The position numbers were made by a program, and so were the translations under genes. Source: Paramecium tetraurelia (taxonomy: Eukaryota). Taken from it: a stretch of 64,000 nucleotides of DNA. Shown piece by piece: positions 1 to 13,848 of the stretch (position 1 is the first letter of the stretch; every line of letters starts with the position of its first letter). Where the stretch lies: the NCBI GenBank assembly GCA_000165425.1, contig CT868463.1, positions 248,001-312,000 of the forward strand, given 5' to 3'. The notes under the pieces are model-generated. The model saw nothing but the letters and a program-made list of their open reading frames with translations. It did not search any database and was not told where the DNA came from.

Positions 1-2129
1 TGACAAGCAGCTAATCCAAATTTACCTTCATTTAATCTATTCTTTAACTATTCTTCATTGATTCCACCTCCATTATCAGAGATTTCTATTGTAATCTTGT
101 CAGCATCACTTTGTGCTTTTATAATGATAGCATTCTGATGTTTTATTTCCTATTGGTAAATCGTTGAATGCTGATGAATTTATAAATTTTCACATTTTTC
201 TTATTAGGCTAAATTTAAATTAGTATTGAAATTCTATATGGAATTGTTAATTATATTGATCAAGATTTATTTCAATTTCCTTTTATCTGATTAGATTATT
301 AATTGCGATTCATTATCCAATTCTTAAGTAATAATGATGTTATGCTGTTTTAGGAAAATGTGGTATTTAAATATATCTATCACGATATTAAATGTTTATA
401 TTAGGTTAAATTGTTCAATTTTTAATTAAGGAGTACTAAATAACTCATAGAAGTTGAAATTGTTTTGTTCTGTAATCAATAAGTCGAAACTTAATGATTC
501 TACAGAATTAAGCAAATCCTTTAATTATTATAAATAAAGAATTGATAATTTTTACAAGTTCTCATCTTAATTCTCATGATTATGACTATTGGATGAGGTG
601 ACTTTGATGTACGCATTTTATCCTGGAGATTGGGTTCGAATATTCAAAAGTGTTTGTTTAAAGTCTCCAATTACTTTGTCAGATTTAATAAATGCATTAT
701 CATCACAAAATGATAAAGAATTATAACTACTTTGCTTGATCTTTTCAAATTCTCTTTTATTTAATGTATGATACATACTTTATATGTAGTTACAGGGACT
801 ATTTTAATTGATAAACACGCTTTAAGATTTGGCTTGAAAGATTTGCCATTTTACCCACAAATCTATAAATGATAGCACTTTTTTATTCTAACAATTCATT
901 CTTGATTAAAATATTAATATTTTTGATTTGAATAATAATTGACTATTTCTATTGATTACTTCGATCATCATCAACTAATAAAACCGATAAACTTAAATTA
1001 TATATAATTTAATTCAGAGTTAATTAACATTGCAAATACTATTTATTAGTAGGCCCTGGTTAATCCATGTTAATTGGAATAGCTAATAATCCAGATATAT
1101 CCTGAGATCTATCCTTCTAAAATATATACTTCCTGTCATTCTAAGGAGATATTATTGAGGGTTATTCTTCCTAATTTTAATTACAATCCTATCCATCTAA
1201 ATATTATTTCTGTTTTTCAATGTTTTATTTTTGATTAACATTGTCTTATAAATAATTCTTTTCTATCCATGCTAAAAAGGTGTTACTTTCATCTAATTCA
1301 AATTGAGTAACAAATGATTGAGATGTATTTGATTACGAATTCACAATAAGAAGATGATTGAAAAATTATTGCAAATTTATTTTGTTGTCTTTTAAGAATT
1401 TTTTCAAGACACAGCTTTGCTCTTTGCTTTCCCAACTGCGATTTAAAACAGTTTTAGTGATGTCAACTTTACAAATCCAGTCATCAGTTAAATTGTTAAA
1501 TTATTCCCATATTGATTTAGTTGATTGATTTTATTATACTATTGTTTGACACTTTTTCAACTCTATTTAGGTATTCCTTTAATCAGTAGAATAACCATCT
1601 TATTTTGAACCTCTAGGGTTAATTTCAATATTATCATATATGCCTAAGAGAACGAGAAGACCTATATTAATGACAATTAAAACTATTTGATAATCAATTG
1701 TATTTGTTAGGAAGTTGAAAATTATTAACCCTAATGCCAATATCACTTAAAAAGCAGTTTTAAATTTTTAATAATACTTCTTTTTATCCTTCACATCCAG
1801 TTTACTTGAGTAGATTCCATTTAAAAAACCAAATATGAAATAAATGAATTCACTTCTATATATTCCAACCAGAGTTAATCTTTTAATCGCCAAAGCCCAA
1901 TAAAAAAAAGGTGAGATATCTCCTAAAGGTAATATTGAAGTTTACCCTTCTTCCATCCCAATTGTTGAGTGATAAAGATCCATGAGAAAAAGGTGCCGCA
2001 TATAATTAAAACTATGTCTATTATAATCGAATCAGAGACATTATTGATGAAATACTCCACAATAGCAAGAAAAACAGAAACTAAAACGTTTAAGCTCATT
2101 CCAAAAAATCGCATTGGCTTATTTTCCAT
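1..2129 (-). CDS. Membrane histidine-kinase-like protein with a degenerate HATPase_c domain; runs off the window's left edge
   Basis: ATG at 2129 (MENKPMRFFGMSLNVLVSVFLAIVEY), several N-terminal TM segments. N-box LINIINNSI (~240-265), G1 box ITIEISDNGGGI (~60-95), G2-like GKFGLAAC (~1-30). Confidence 0.75.
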
Positions 2130-2158
2130 ATAACAAAAACTAATATATTTAAATAATA

Positions 2159-3626
2159 TCAAATTTCCTATTCGAACCTTCTATATTTTGTTTTATAATT
2201 TAACAAGATATGTAAATACCCTGGAGTTATTATAACGCATCCCATCCACAACCCAAATGATTCAAATTCTGGCAAGACTATCAAGTAGTTCAACACAAAT
2301 CCAACCATCTTCCCTTTATTTAAATATATACATTCGCCAAACACAACAAACCAGTCACCAAAACTAATTCTGAAGCTGGGTAGAGTTTTTCAACATAAGA
2401 CTATATTGCAATAGGATAAAATGAATTAAGACCTACACCCATCGCAAAATTTAAGAAAATCAACATCCAGTAATCTACATATTCTATGATAAATGCTTCT
2501 AAAATCAAAGTGATCATCCCTATGCTTGTAAAGGTCTTAATGTATCTGTCATAATCTGGTTGTTTCCCCTATTTAGCTTAAGAATCCAACTTTATTGATG
2601 CCCATAATCCCACCACCACTCCTGATATTTGATAGACTGTTCCATTAATTGCTACTTCTGCCTTAATTTTACTAATTGATTAAATACTTGAGTATAACCA
2701 AAAGGATACAATTCAAAAGATATAATAGTTGTGTACACCCAACCCAATCCAATAACTTTTAATATTTAATAAATTTACAAATCCCCAAAGATAGTCCATC
2801 AATTATTGATTCTTCCATTGTAAGCATCTTCACTGTTGATTTCCAAATAGGATCTTTAACTATATTCTTTATATTCCAATATAATTGATACATCTGAATT
2901 TGAAGCTGGATGAGGTGGTCTATTTCTGAAAAACACTAACAGAAGAACAGCTCCAGCTGTATTAAATACTGCAATCATTAAGTTCATTTCATCAATTTTC
3001 ATATTTATAACACTCTAATCATCCAAAATATCAAAATAGAATGAAGCAAATGCATATGCATATGCCATTCCAACATATTAGAAGAAACTGCCTAAACTAG
3101 TTGCCAATAATCTCTCGTATACAGTAAACCATTTTTCTGATAGAACTTTCCTTATTTACATTTAAAATTACAAACTGGGACTATTAAAATCATAGCATCA
3201 CTTATTCCAATCACGAATAACCCTACCATTGTCATTAAGTAAGATTATCCTCCAATCCATATTATCCATGCTCTTTTATTTATACCATGAAAAAATTACC
3301 CTATAGCACTTATAACACCAATTACATGCATGCTAATATCCAATCTTACTAACAATGGCTTAATGCAAAATGGAGCCAAGACGAAAAATGTGATATAATA
3401 CATATTCCCTATCCATTATAAGTCTTGTGATGGGATTCCATAATAGATTGCTGCTGATTCCCAAATTGGACTGTAACTTACTAATTACATTACATTAGCC
3501 ATTCTATAGTTTTATTAATATCCATTACGCAATTATGGAATAAGAGAATAAAACGAGCCATCGTTAGAAAGATGGCTTTATCTAATTCGATATTACCTAC
3601 TCCATCATTACAACTTCTTTAGACAT
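2159..3626 (-). CDS. MFS transporter, FLVCR/SLC49-like
   Basis: MSKEVVMMEQ...QRWLVLFSYS, multiple TM helices, SEKWFTVYERLLATSLGS motif, LVFFRNRPPHPASNS, C-terminal KTKYRRFEQEI*. Several tiny introns. Confidence 0.8.
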
Positions 3627-4166
3627 TTTTATCCTATTCAAATTATTAAATTAAAATGAAATGAATTGAATATGATATGTAATTATATAATACTCACTTT
3701 TCTTTTATTACAATTTAATTTCAAAGAAATATCAAATGATAATTTCCTTGCATAAAATTAAGTGTTTTTTAATTAAAAATTCCCAATGCCCTTTTAATTA
3801 AATAAGTATGTTATATTTAAATAAACCAAATAGAACTTTATATTTTCTGCCAAGTTCTTAAACTAAATATAAAATTAACAAGGCGGATTTATTATTTTTA
3901 AATTATGAAAGGTCCCTTATTTCTTAATCAATGTTCCAATAATTTATTAAGATAATAATGTAAATAAATACTAATTTCTCTGTTATATCAATAAATATAG
4001 TATTAATTTGATCAACAATCTCATCATTACTGTTTTCTACATATACTATAGAGCTTACAACAAGATTATAGGCAAGATGAAATATTAAAAGTGAAGAACA
4101 CTTAAATTAGATTATATAAATTCACTTATATATTATTTGAATCAATTTTTAGTTTTCAAATTAAAT

Positions 4167-5428
4167 ATGAGTGAAGAAGACAGTTAAGAATTGGATAGTG
4201 AATAAGAAGAAGAAGAGGAGGAGGAAGAAGAAGAAGAAGAAGTATAATAACCACCAAAAGATGAATTTAATGAATTTAGAAAGTATAATGCTTTTTCAAG
4301 TTATGCATAATTGGAAAGAGGATAATAAAACTAATAAAATTATCATAACCCTCTTGAATATTATTATTAAAATAATATTCCAATTCCTTATTAACCACAA
4401 GTTAATTATTATGACAAAATTTAAAGGCATCAGTGTTAGATTGATAATGCTAAGCATGCACTTGATTTATTATAAAATCCTAAATCGCGGATGTAAAATT
4501 ATTACGACAATTATTACCCTCCGGATCCTTAACAACAATACTACAATCCTAATTTTTACTAGAAAGCAAACCCTCATTATCAACCCAATAATTAATATTT
4601 ACCACCTCCTTCTCCTTAATAATATAATTATTAAAGGAAAAGGTCATATGATGAGATTATTCCAGATCCCTATCTAGAATAATACAATAATTAAAGAAGA
4701 AGGAACTCCTTTAAGGAATAGAATTTCATTCCAGCATCACATTCGCATTTGCCTTCTCCTCAATATCCAATATAGCAATAATATCAATAATAATAATAAC
4801 AATATTATCCATCTCCTTATCAATATCCCAATCAATTCCCCCCTCAATAGTAGTAACATTATTAATAGCCTAATCAATATAATTATCAGCAGCCTCCTTA
4901 CGATCAATATGACTATTATTAACGGTAAAACTACCCTCAATAAGCTTAAGACAGTCTTAACAATCCTTACCAATAATAGCAGAAACCTTCAAGACCTCCT
5001 TTGCCTTAATAAAATAGTCTGAAGGAGGACAGGAAGGCAAATTTATAAAAGAATGATGATTAGTCAATAGACTAGGAATATTTAGAATTTATTCGATTTA
5101 AAGAGGCAGCGAAAAAGTAATAAAAAATAATTGATGATAATGAGTATTAAGATTTTATTGAATTTAAAAAATCAAAATTGTAATAATAAACAAATAATGG
5201 TGGCTAAGCAACCTAACAAAGGTAGGTTAAAGAATTGTATAAGAGGACTAAACAAAGTATTATTATTAATATTTTCTAGTTTCAACTGAGGATGAATTAA
5301 GGCCCAAATTTAATGAAACAAAATTTGAAAGAAAGCCAGGGGAAAATTACAGATAGAAATATGTAGCCCCACAATTAGACGCCAATATTGAGATTCAAAA
5401 AGCAATGGAAGTTCTAATGAAAAAATGA
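4167..5428 (+). CDS. Low-complexity acidic then P/Y/Q-rich hypothetical protein
   Basis: ATG 4167, poly-E N-terminus, YPP/YYP/QQ-rich middle. One 23-nt intron (5257-5279) restores the frame to TGA at 5426-5428. Confidence 0.7.
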
Positions 5429-5450
5429 ATATCACTAATATATTAAAGTT

Positions 5451-5954
5451 TCAATTAAAAATTTCTTAGTATTATTCGAAGAGTTCGTCTATTTGTTTCA
5501 TTAAATTTGCATCACCATGATTATAGGTTTGAACACAAATCTGATCAATTCGAGAGCTAATTTGAACTATTGCATCATCAATTTCTTTTTCCTTGATTTG
5601 ATAACCATATTCAAATGTGATTGCGTAGATTAATTAAAACTAAATTTAAATCTATTCAAATCTTTATTGTTCCAATTAAACTGTGCACATTCTCAAGCTA
5701 GAGTCCTAATTGTTTATATAATTAGAAATCTCCGACATTATATCGAAGTGAATATTGTAATTCATTTTAGTTTATTGATTGATATGTTTGAATTTTGTGA
5801 TTGTTTAAAAGTCTATATAACTCTTGAGTTCAGTGGTAATACCATTTGATGAATGTTTTATTAAAACATCTCTATTTTCATTAATGGAATAAGTAATCTA
5901 GTAGTTGAGGTCAATTTCATCAAGCTCAAGATCTTGTATATTCTTTTATCTCAT
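5451..5954 (-). CDS. Hypothetical protein (~167 aa)
   Basis: Intronless ATG..TGA ORF in code 6 (MRQKNIQDLELDEIDLNYQITYSINE...), length divisible by 3. Confidence 0.55.
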
Positions 5955-6193
5955 GAATAATATTAATGATATATATTAGGAAATAAATGCTAACTATTAA
6001 AATAATTCTATTCTATTTTATTCTCTTCCATCTCTGAAATCCAAAAATAAGAAAAAAGTATCAATTTGTAATATTTTTTAAGACTATAAGTGTTATATTA
6101 AGACAAGGGTTTTATAAATCTTATTTTGAATATTGGCATTTTTCATTTAAATATAAAATTGAATTTATATCTTTTATGCATAATATTCATAAA

Positions 6194-7667
6194 TCAACAA
6201 ATTTAGCTGATGGCAATTTAAGGTGATACTTGATTTTATTCTTCAATTTAACCACTCCATTGATAAATTTTAGCTGTTGATTTCATTCCATTGAAAGTGG
6301 ATTTTGGTCCAACAGTGTAGCTTCCCATACCTTGCATACAAAGCCAATCTCCAACTTGTAAATCATTGGGAACAACCATATTCTTAGCAATAATATCGGC
6401 ACCATCACATGTCATGCCAAATATTGAGACATTGGATTATTCTGAAATTTAGGAATTTTGGGATTCATCTGAATTGAGAACACCATAGAATTGATCATTT
6501 TGATTTTCAAATGAGATACCATCCATTAATATGCAATTGAAGGAATGGTACAAAGATTCATTGACATGATAACATAATCTACCGTGTTTAATTCTTTTAG
6601 TCATAATTCTAAACAAAAGAGAACATGTATTAGCACTAAAATGTCTTCCAGGTTCAGCAATCACTTAATATCCTAAGGGATCGTTTTGAGTTTTTTTCAA
6701 TGCATTAATTGCGTTTTCGTGAATATTACCAGTAGGAAATCCACCTCCTACATCTAATAATTCCATCTTATGTCCATACAATCTGCCTATTCTCATACAC
6801 TCTTAGGCCAAATCAATAGCCTAGAGATAAATAAATGAATTACTTTTCCAAAAGAGGATGATCCTTAAACAGCACTTCCACAATGAAAATGAATACCATG
6901 CAATTGGATCCCCATTTATTGAATTTACTTAAACCTTTTATGAGCAGCATCTAAATTTGGCACATCATCCCCAAATTTGCCAGAAAATAGGGTGGCCATT
7001 TACTCTGGGTTTTCTTCAACAATAGATAATCTCCATAGTATCTTCATTTCGGGTGCTATCTTTTGGATCTTGATTAGTTCGTCAATAGAGTCAGCACTGG
7101 TTATTTAGACTCCCTTGTTCTTGGCATAGTAAATATCCTTCTCCTCTTTGACTGGATTACTATAAACCAGCTTTGATGCGGGAACTCCATATTTCATCAC
7201 CATTTAGATTTCCTAAGATATTTAAAGATTTTACTCCTTTTGAGGCACAGTCAAAAGTCCCGAAAGGACCATTAATGATGTCTTAGATTAAGGGTTCAAT
7301 AGGGTTGCTCTTAATTGCGTAATATGGCGTAATCCATGGAAGAGTTTATTTCCAGGAATTTACCTTATTCTTAAGTTCATTTGAATTATATATCATAAAG
7401 GAATGGCCATATGGATCGATTCTAGCATAATTAAGAAATTCCCTCTATTATGATTAGGTGAGCTATCTATTATCACAACCTAAAATTATTTAAATTTTGA
7501 TAAACATACCTCTTAAGAAGTACAATCTAAAAGCATATTTGCTGGTTTGATTAAGTGACCTGGCCAGTCTATGGTGGTTGTTCAGTGTTTTTAAGAAGAA
7601 AAGATGTTTTATTTTAAAAATGAAGTCATTTTCTGTAAGTTGGATTTAATTCTCAAATATTACGCAT
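6194..7667 (-). CDS. ODC1: Ornithine decarboxylase (fold III PLP enzyme)
   Basis: PYYAIKSNP (PLP Lys), FDCASKGEI, SGKFG, HFHCGS, LDVGGGFP, IAEPGRHF, GMTCDGAD, GMGSYT, FNG. Start uncertain: ATG 7667 needs a 31-nt intron at 7633-7663. Confidence 0.92.
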
Positions 7668-7716
7668 TTTGATATGTTATACGATAATAAAATGATTCCA
7701 AAATAACCTTTAATAT

Positions 7717-9039
7717 TCATTATTATTTTTATTTTCCTGTTTTGGTAACCATCCTTACATAACTATCCATTTGCATTTGAAATTATGCGAATCCAAACAA
7801 TTGAATAACTCGTTCTCTCCCTCTTTCTCCCATTTCTTTGCTTTTCTCTTTATTCTAATAAATCTCTATCATTCTTGAACACCATTCATTCGTTTTAGAT
7901 TCACACAAGTACCCCGTAACTCCATTCTAAATCGATTCCTACATATATTTACACAATAATTACTTTCGGACCTCCAGAATTGCATGCAATGACAGGAACT
8001 TAATTGTACATAGCTTCAACGGGAACAATCCCAAAATGTTCTCTTTCGGGTGTATATAGAACAGCCAAAGCATTTGACATCAACTGAGTTCTTTCAGAGT
8101 CAGAAATGTTCTTTTTGAATGAAACATATTCAGCAACATTTTATCTTTAAGCAATCTGATTCAGCTCTTCAAAATGCTAAGCATTCTCTTCTACTCTCTA
8201 TTCAAATCCACCAGCTATCACCAATCTTACAGATTCAATATTTTCATCAGAATTTAATTATTATCTAAATGCAGCAAATGCATGAATTGCCAATGCAATA
8301 TTCTTTTTTCTCTCGTATCTATTCAAAGACAAGAAGTAATTGTTGCTTTCGAGTCTACTATCAAGTCTATTGAGTTCAGGAGCCATTTCAAATTTTGAGA
8401 ATTCTATTGCTGGATATAAAACTTCTGGTTGTCTTCCATATTTATTATATAAAGGGAATGCTTATTTTACAATTTCTCTTGTAAATTAACTATTTACTAA
8501 TACTAAATTAGCAAAAAGCATGCTAATTTCTTCAAAAGAATCCAAGAAAAATCTGTAAATCTTTTTTATAAATGACTTTCTCTCTACACATAATAATTTA
8601 TCAGGAAAATGACAATAAAATATAGTCTTTCTTCTAAATAACCAAAGCAACGGAAGACAAACAGATACTTAATCAATTATAATAACATCCCAACGACCAC
8701 TAAAAAATATTATATATAAAGTAGCCAATATCATTCTTATATATGCGCACATTGCTGTGCAATATCCTTTTTATAATTATGATATATTATTTACCAAAGA
8801 AATGAGCAGGTATAATATTTCCTCTTACTTCCACAGGTATTTGCCCATTTGTTTCTGGAAATGAGTGATTAGGATCATGATGTGGAGTATAGATTTTAAC
8901 ATAATGGTTTTTCTGCAAAGCCAATGCAAGATTTACTACTAATTATTCTGCCCCTCCAATTCCCAAATCTTTATTATTATTATCTTTAAATACCAGGATG
9001 TAAAAAGGCTATCTTCAATTGATCCTACTATTATTGCAT
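7717..9039 (-). CDS. ALG2: Alpha-1,3/1,6-mannosyltransferase ALG2 (GT4)
   Basis: KIAFLHP|DLGIGGAEQLVVNLA, FYCHFPDKLLC, FLSLNRYERKKNI, LYTPEREHFGIVPVEAM, IACNSGGPKVI. Confidence 0.93.
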
Positions 9040-9142
9040 ACAATTCTTTATTATATAAATCTCCGTATAAACCAATATAAAGTAAATTACATAATGATGC
9101 GTCAACCCAAGAAATTATATACATTTTAAATTCTTTAAAGCA

Positions 9143-9953
9143 ATGATAACTCCAGTACCTGATTGTCCACACTATTAAAGAAATTGTGACAAGAAGGCTC
9201 CATGCTGTGGTAAATTTTATCCTTGTAGACTATGTCATGATGCCAATTATTAAGGACCGAATTCTGATGGATGCAAAACTGAAATCATGGATCGATATAA
9301 TGTTACAGTTATAAGATGTCGATAATGTTTATGTGAACAACCACCAACCAATTAATGTATATCATGCAAAATTCAATTCGCTACATACTTCTGTTCAATT
9401 TGCAATTTATATGAAGATGACCCAAAGAAAGATGTGTATCACTGCGATGAATGTAAAATGTGCCGAAGGGTAATCATCCTATGCTTATTCAGGGAATCAA
9501 AGAACAGAATTTCCATTGTAAGGTGTGTGGCATCTGTTTGAATAAAAAAAATTAAGATTCGCATAAATGTCTCGATCAAATAGCAGACACTAATTGTCCT
9601 ATTTGTTTAAAAAATCTGAAAATTTCAACAACTTATATAGCCCAATTACCTAATTGTGCTCACTTCATTCATACATTGTGTCTCAACTAACTAGTTAAAT
9701 CCAATATAAGAAATTGTCCAATATGTAGCATTCCTATTATTGTAAGTATTTCATTCATTAAAAGAAAATGTCTACAGAGGAGATCGAAGATTACGATCTA
9801 CTAGCTGAGGCAGCGAAAATTATAATACCCACTCACATGTAAAATTTAAAAGTTTCATACTTATGTTTGGATTGTCGTTAAACTACAAATGATATCTGTT
9901 TCAATTACTATCTTAAATGTAGCAAATGCGGCTCATACAATACAAAATAATGA
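9143..9953 (+). CDS. RCHY1: CHY-zinc-finger/RING E3 ligase, Pirh2-like
   Basis: CPHYQRNCDKKAPCCGKFYPCRLCHD, YFCSICNLYEDD, RING CPIC...CAHFIHTLC...CPIC, terminal CSKCGSYNT. Confidence 0.9.
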
Positions 9954-10101
9954 TATATAAATAATTAAATCATTATTAAAAACTTATATGATTCAATTTC
10001 ATTCTATCTTTAAATATATTTTTATTGTCGATTATATTATTTCTCAAATTGAATTTGTGATTAGGCAAGAAAATAAATACAATATAAATTATCAAATATA
10101 T

Positions 10102-12516
10102 TCAAAATTTTCTCAACATATTCTAATTAATTGGCTTTAATTACACTTAAGAATTAGATTTTGTGAATTCTTATGTCCTACCAGATATCGGAGGTCTAAA
10201 TATATTGTTTTCAATCTTAGTGGAATTTTGAGATTATTTCAATTACTAGCTTTTTTATGTTGTTTATGGTGTTCTTATTCTAAACTAATTAGTACTTTAA
10301 TTTGGAGATAATAATTATTACTATTGATTTATTGTTTTCTAAGGAACCTATGGAGTTTTTTATAATGATATTGATTATCTTTAGAAAGAAGTTTTGGATT
10401 GTTAAGCATTCATTTATTATAATTGAACTTTTGGCTATTAAGATTCATCATTTTATTAAAATACTCTTCCATATTTTGGATTAGCATTATTTTATGGTTG
10501 TTAATTTGTTTATTATACTTTTTATTGTTGTCTATAATTCTATTAAGGTAGTTATTGTTATTATAATTATAAAATTGGTTGCTATGTTGCTTAAGGATTT
10601 TATTTCTTTTCTTGAATCGTTTTTGGTTTATTAACAACATTCTAACAAATAGCAATATGTTTATCCGCTTTACTAGGATCAAACTTTCTCTGACAATATG
10701 GACATTGAATGTAATTATTATTAGATGATACAGGAGGAGGTCCCAATTATCTAATGTCTCCTCCTTCCTCTTATATTTTCTTCAATTATCTGTTATATTT
10801 TAAAGTATTAATAAATTCTTAATGAGATTGTCTCCATCCAGTCTATGGAGCCTTTTGAACTTCAACTTTATGCTCTTTTTTTTCAAAATACTATTTGCCT
10901 TTACAAACCTTCTAATGTTTTTTTATTCTATCTTAAGCAAATCTTCTATCGCATTTATCACATGTAATTAAATCAATTCCATCTTATTAATCCTCTTGAT
11001 CCTCATCAAAATCATGATTATCATTTTATTGTTATTTTTATGATTAAGATTATTATTTGGGCTGTTGTTTTTATTATTCAATAGCATTTGAATTGTTATC
11101 TTTTTTTTTAAAGTTTTCAAAAACAGAACTCATATAAATGGTTTAAAGTGCTTATGATGGATTTGGAAGTTATACCAAATCATCATAGATTTATGGTTTT
11201 GTACCTTGATTTTTGCAATTCTACACATGTTACTTCAGATCTTAAATAGAATTACAATCTTAAAAACATTTATAACCTAAAAATAATGGAGATAATATTT
11301 ACATTTCAAACTTTTATCATCATAATTAACTTATGTTTTTGAGAAACTTTACTATTTTTAAATTTAATTTGTTTATTATTTTTGTTTTTATTGTGGATTT
11401 TCAGAATTCTAAATTTATTATTATTTTTATAATTATTCTTATTTTTAATTCTAAAATCCATTTGTCTATGTTTATGTGGCTCCCTTTATATCTTTACAAT
11501 TGCTTTCATGTTTTTCAACTCTGGATGGCAAGAATTTCCTTCCGCATTTCTTACAAGGAACTAATTCAACTTAACCTCCTTCATCAACAGAATCCAGAGC
11601 TTTGAAGGGATTTTCAGCAGTGCAAGCCTTTATATGATGCTCCAATGCCTCAGGCTTGAAAGTTCTACCACAGTTTTTACATGCAACTAAGGCTTCTTTA
11701 TTGTATTTATTAAAAGCCTTTAAATAATAGAACAGATATAAATACTCCATTGTTATAGGCCATAATGTCTTCCATAGTTATTTCTTCCTTATTTAATAAA
11801 TCCCATAAACCTCTTGGAGTTGTTGGAGGATTCCTTCTTTCCCCCTTTGGTTTCTTCATTTCCTACACCATAAACATTTCTTTGCATTAAGGTATGTGAA
11901 TTCCCAAAGACTTACTACCATATTCTCTTCCACAAATATAGCACACTAGAGTCTTTGGTCTTGAAGGAACCTTTTATTCTCCTGAATAACCATTAGAATT
12001 TGATTTTCCTTATTGAGTTCCTCCATTATCTCTATTCATTTGTTACTGGACTTCTTTAGGATTTTAAACAAATCCAGGAAGGGGTTTAAATGGTTTATCA
12101 GGTTTACAGATCTTTATATGGATAGGATAGCTTTCTCTATTAAAACTAGGGATAACTCAAATTCTTTTACGTTCTGCCACAATATGCACATTTCTCAAGA
12201 CTCTATTCTTTATATGCATTAAATGCTTAATCATTATACGATTCTGCATCATAATTTCCACCTCCCCCTAAAGCTTTTGGAGGTTATGGTAAAGGTCTCC
12301 TTTGGTTTTTTGGTTTCTAATAGAAAAAATGGCAAATATAACTGTACTTTAGCTTCTTCCATAAGAAACTTTTCTTGGCAAGTCTTAAGATGTATCTCTA
12401 AACTTTTTGATCCATACCTAAATAACCAATTTCTAATACTCTCTTCCACAAATATAGCAAATCAATGTTTTTGGTCTTACAACAGGATTGTAGTTTTAAT
12501 TGTTTAATCCTTACAT
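10102..12516 (-). CDS. Multi-C2HC zinc-finger protein (ZNF474-like N-terminus, ZC2HC1/FAM164-like C-terminus)
   Basis: Eight CxxC-x12/13-H-x3-C fingers, e.g. PKTL(I/V)CYICGREYGSKSL twice, CDKCDRRFAQDRIKKHQKVC, WRQSHQEFI, QCPYCQRKFDPSKADKHIAIC. Confidence 0.85.
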
Positions 12517-12542
12517 ATTATTTTTTGATTATATTTATACTA

Positions 12543-13042
12543 ATGAAAAATTATTATTCTTAACATAATAAAGAAGTTACTCCTTCAAATACCCTAAGCT
12601 AAAATTATATTGAAGCTTTGCTTGCAATAACTTAAAACTTAGAAGAAGAAAATTCATATTTGGTCGAATTAAGTATTTCTAAGATATCAAAAAATAAAGC
12701 TGGCAATTTGTTTTTTATGAATTGATATATCTTAAAACCTCGTTAAAACAAAGAAAAAAAAATATTGAGAGAACTTAAAAGTACTACAAGAAAATGAATT
12801 TTTAATCTCAACATTTTATATTGTTTATAAATTAAAAGTATAGATTTATAATTAAAAACAGATTCTCAAAAATTTTTCTTAAGAAAAACAAAAGACATTT
12901 GCTTGTCTTATTAAGTAAAAAGAAAAACTCAATAAATTTTATCCAATTCAAAGCTTAAATTATTTTAAGAAATGATTTTGTTCGGTTTGGTTTTGGAATG
13001 AAGAATCCTTAATCTAAGGGTATTATTTTGTTGAGAAATTGA
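12543..13042 (+). pseudogene. Probable decayed coiled-coil gene
   Basis: ATG 12543 opens a plausible frame (NYIEALLAITQNLEEENSYL) that hits TGA. Downstream coding-like text (ILRELK / VLQENEFL) is split by a frameshift. Confidence 0.3.
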
Positions 13043-13237
13043 ACTTTATTAGAGATGATTTGATCATTTGCTTGACAAGAGTAGATTTGATAATCGAATG
13101 CACGACCAAATGTGAATAGAGATAATATTAGTAAATTTAATATTTATCTAATATTCTTCAAGAATATTCTTTACATTAGCTCTAATCTTTAGATCACATA
13201 AATGAATATTCTATAATATAATTAACTTATATAAATA

Positions 13238-13744
13238 ATGGGATCCTATCCTAGTTGTTTTTGCTGTCCCTAATCTTATTCTAAGGGGAAAGAAAATATA
13301 ATAACAGATAATGAACCTCATTTGACTTAATTTAAATAAGCTGTTTTTAATTAAGCGGTGCAAATCAGTCCAGAAGATGATTCTTCTTTACTCTAAATTA
13401 TGGCCACCTATGAATAGCTTGTGAATAGAAAATCAATAAGCACAGCCTAAAATGGCTCCTCGAAAATAAGAAGTCGCTCTATTTCTGTAGATAATAAATA
13501 CAAAGGAATTATGATAAGTACTAAGCAGTAGAAAAAGAAAAAAATACAGTATGGCAGATCTCTAAGCGCATCTCAATATATTAGCGATTCATCTAAATTA
13601 AGCACAACATAAAAACTGAATAGCATATTAAAAAAAAGATCAAACACTCAGAAATCTCAATTCTAGAAAAAATCAAAAAATAAAGTTTCATTTCTACCTT
13701 TTATTTTATAATGTAATTCTAAAAAGTTGATTGATATTTTTTGA
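13238..13744 (+). CDS. Small N-acylation-motif protein with SILK and RVxF motifs (copy 1)
   Basis: Intronless 168 aa: MGSYPSCFCCP...EDDSSLLQIMATYEQL...NSILKK...NKVSF. Confidence 0.8.
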
Positions 13745-13848
13745 ATAAGAGTTTATTTAATATATTATTTCTATTATATATATTGAGAGAAAACCATTTA
13801 TGAATTTCCTTCTTTATTATTATTTTCTTTATTTATATAATAACTTAA

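Noticed and set aside
630..645. GGTTCGAA as a tRNA T-loop (also ~2171 on the minus strand and ~57863)
   Set aside because: All lie within coding exons and no cloverleaf can be folded.
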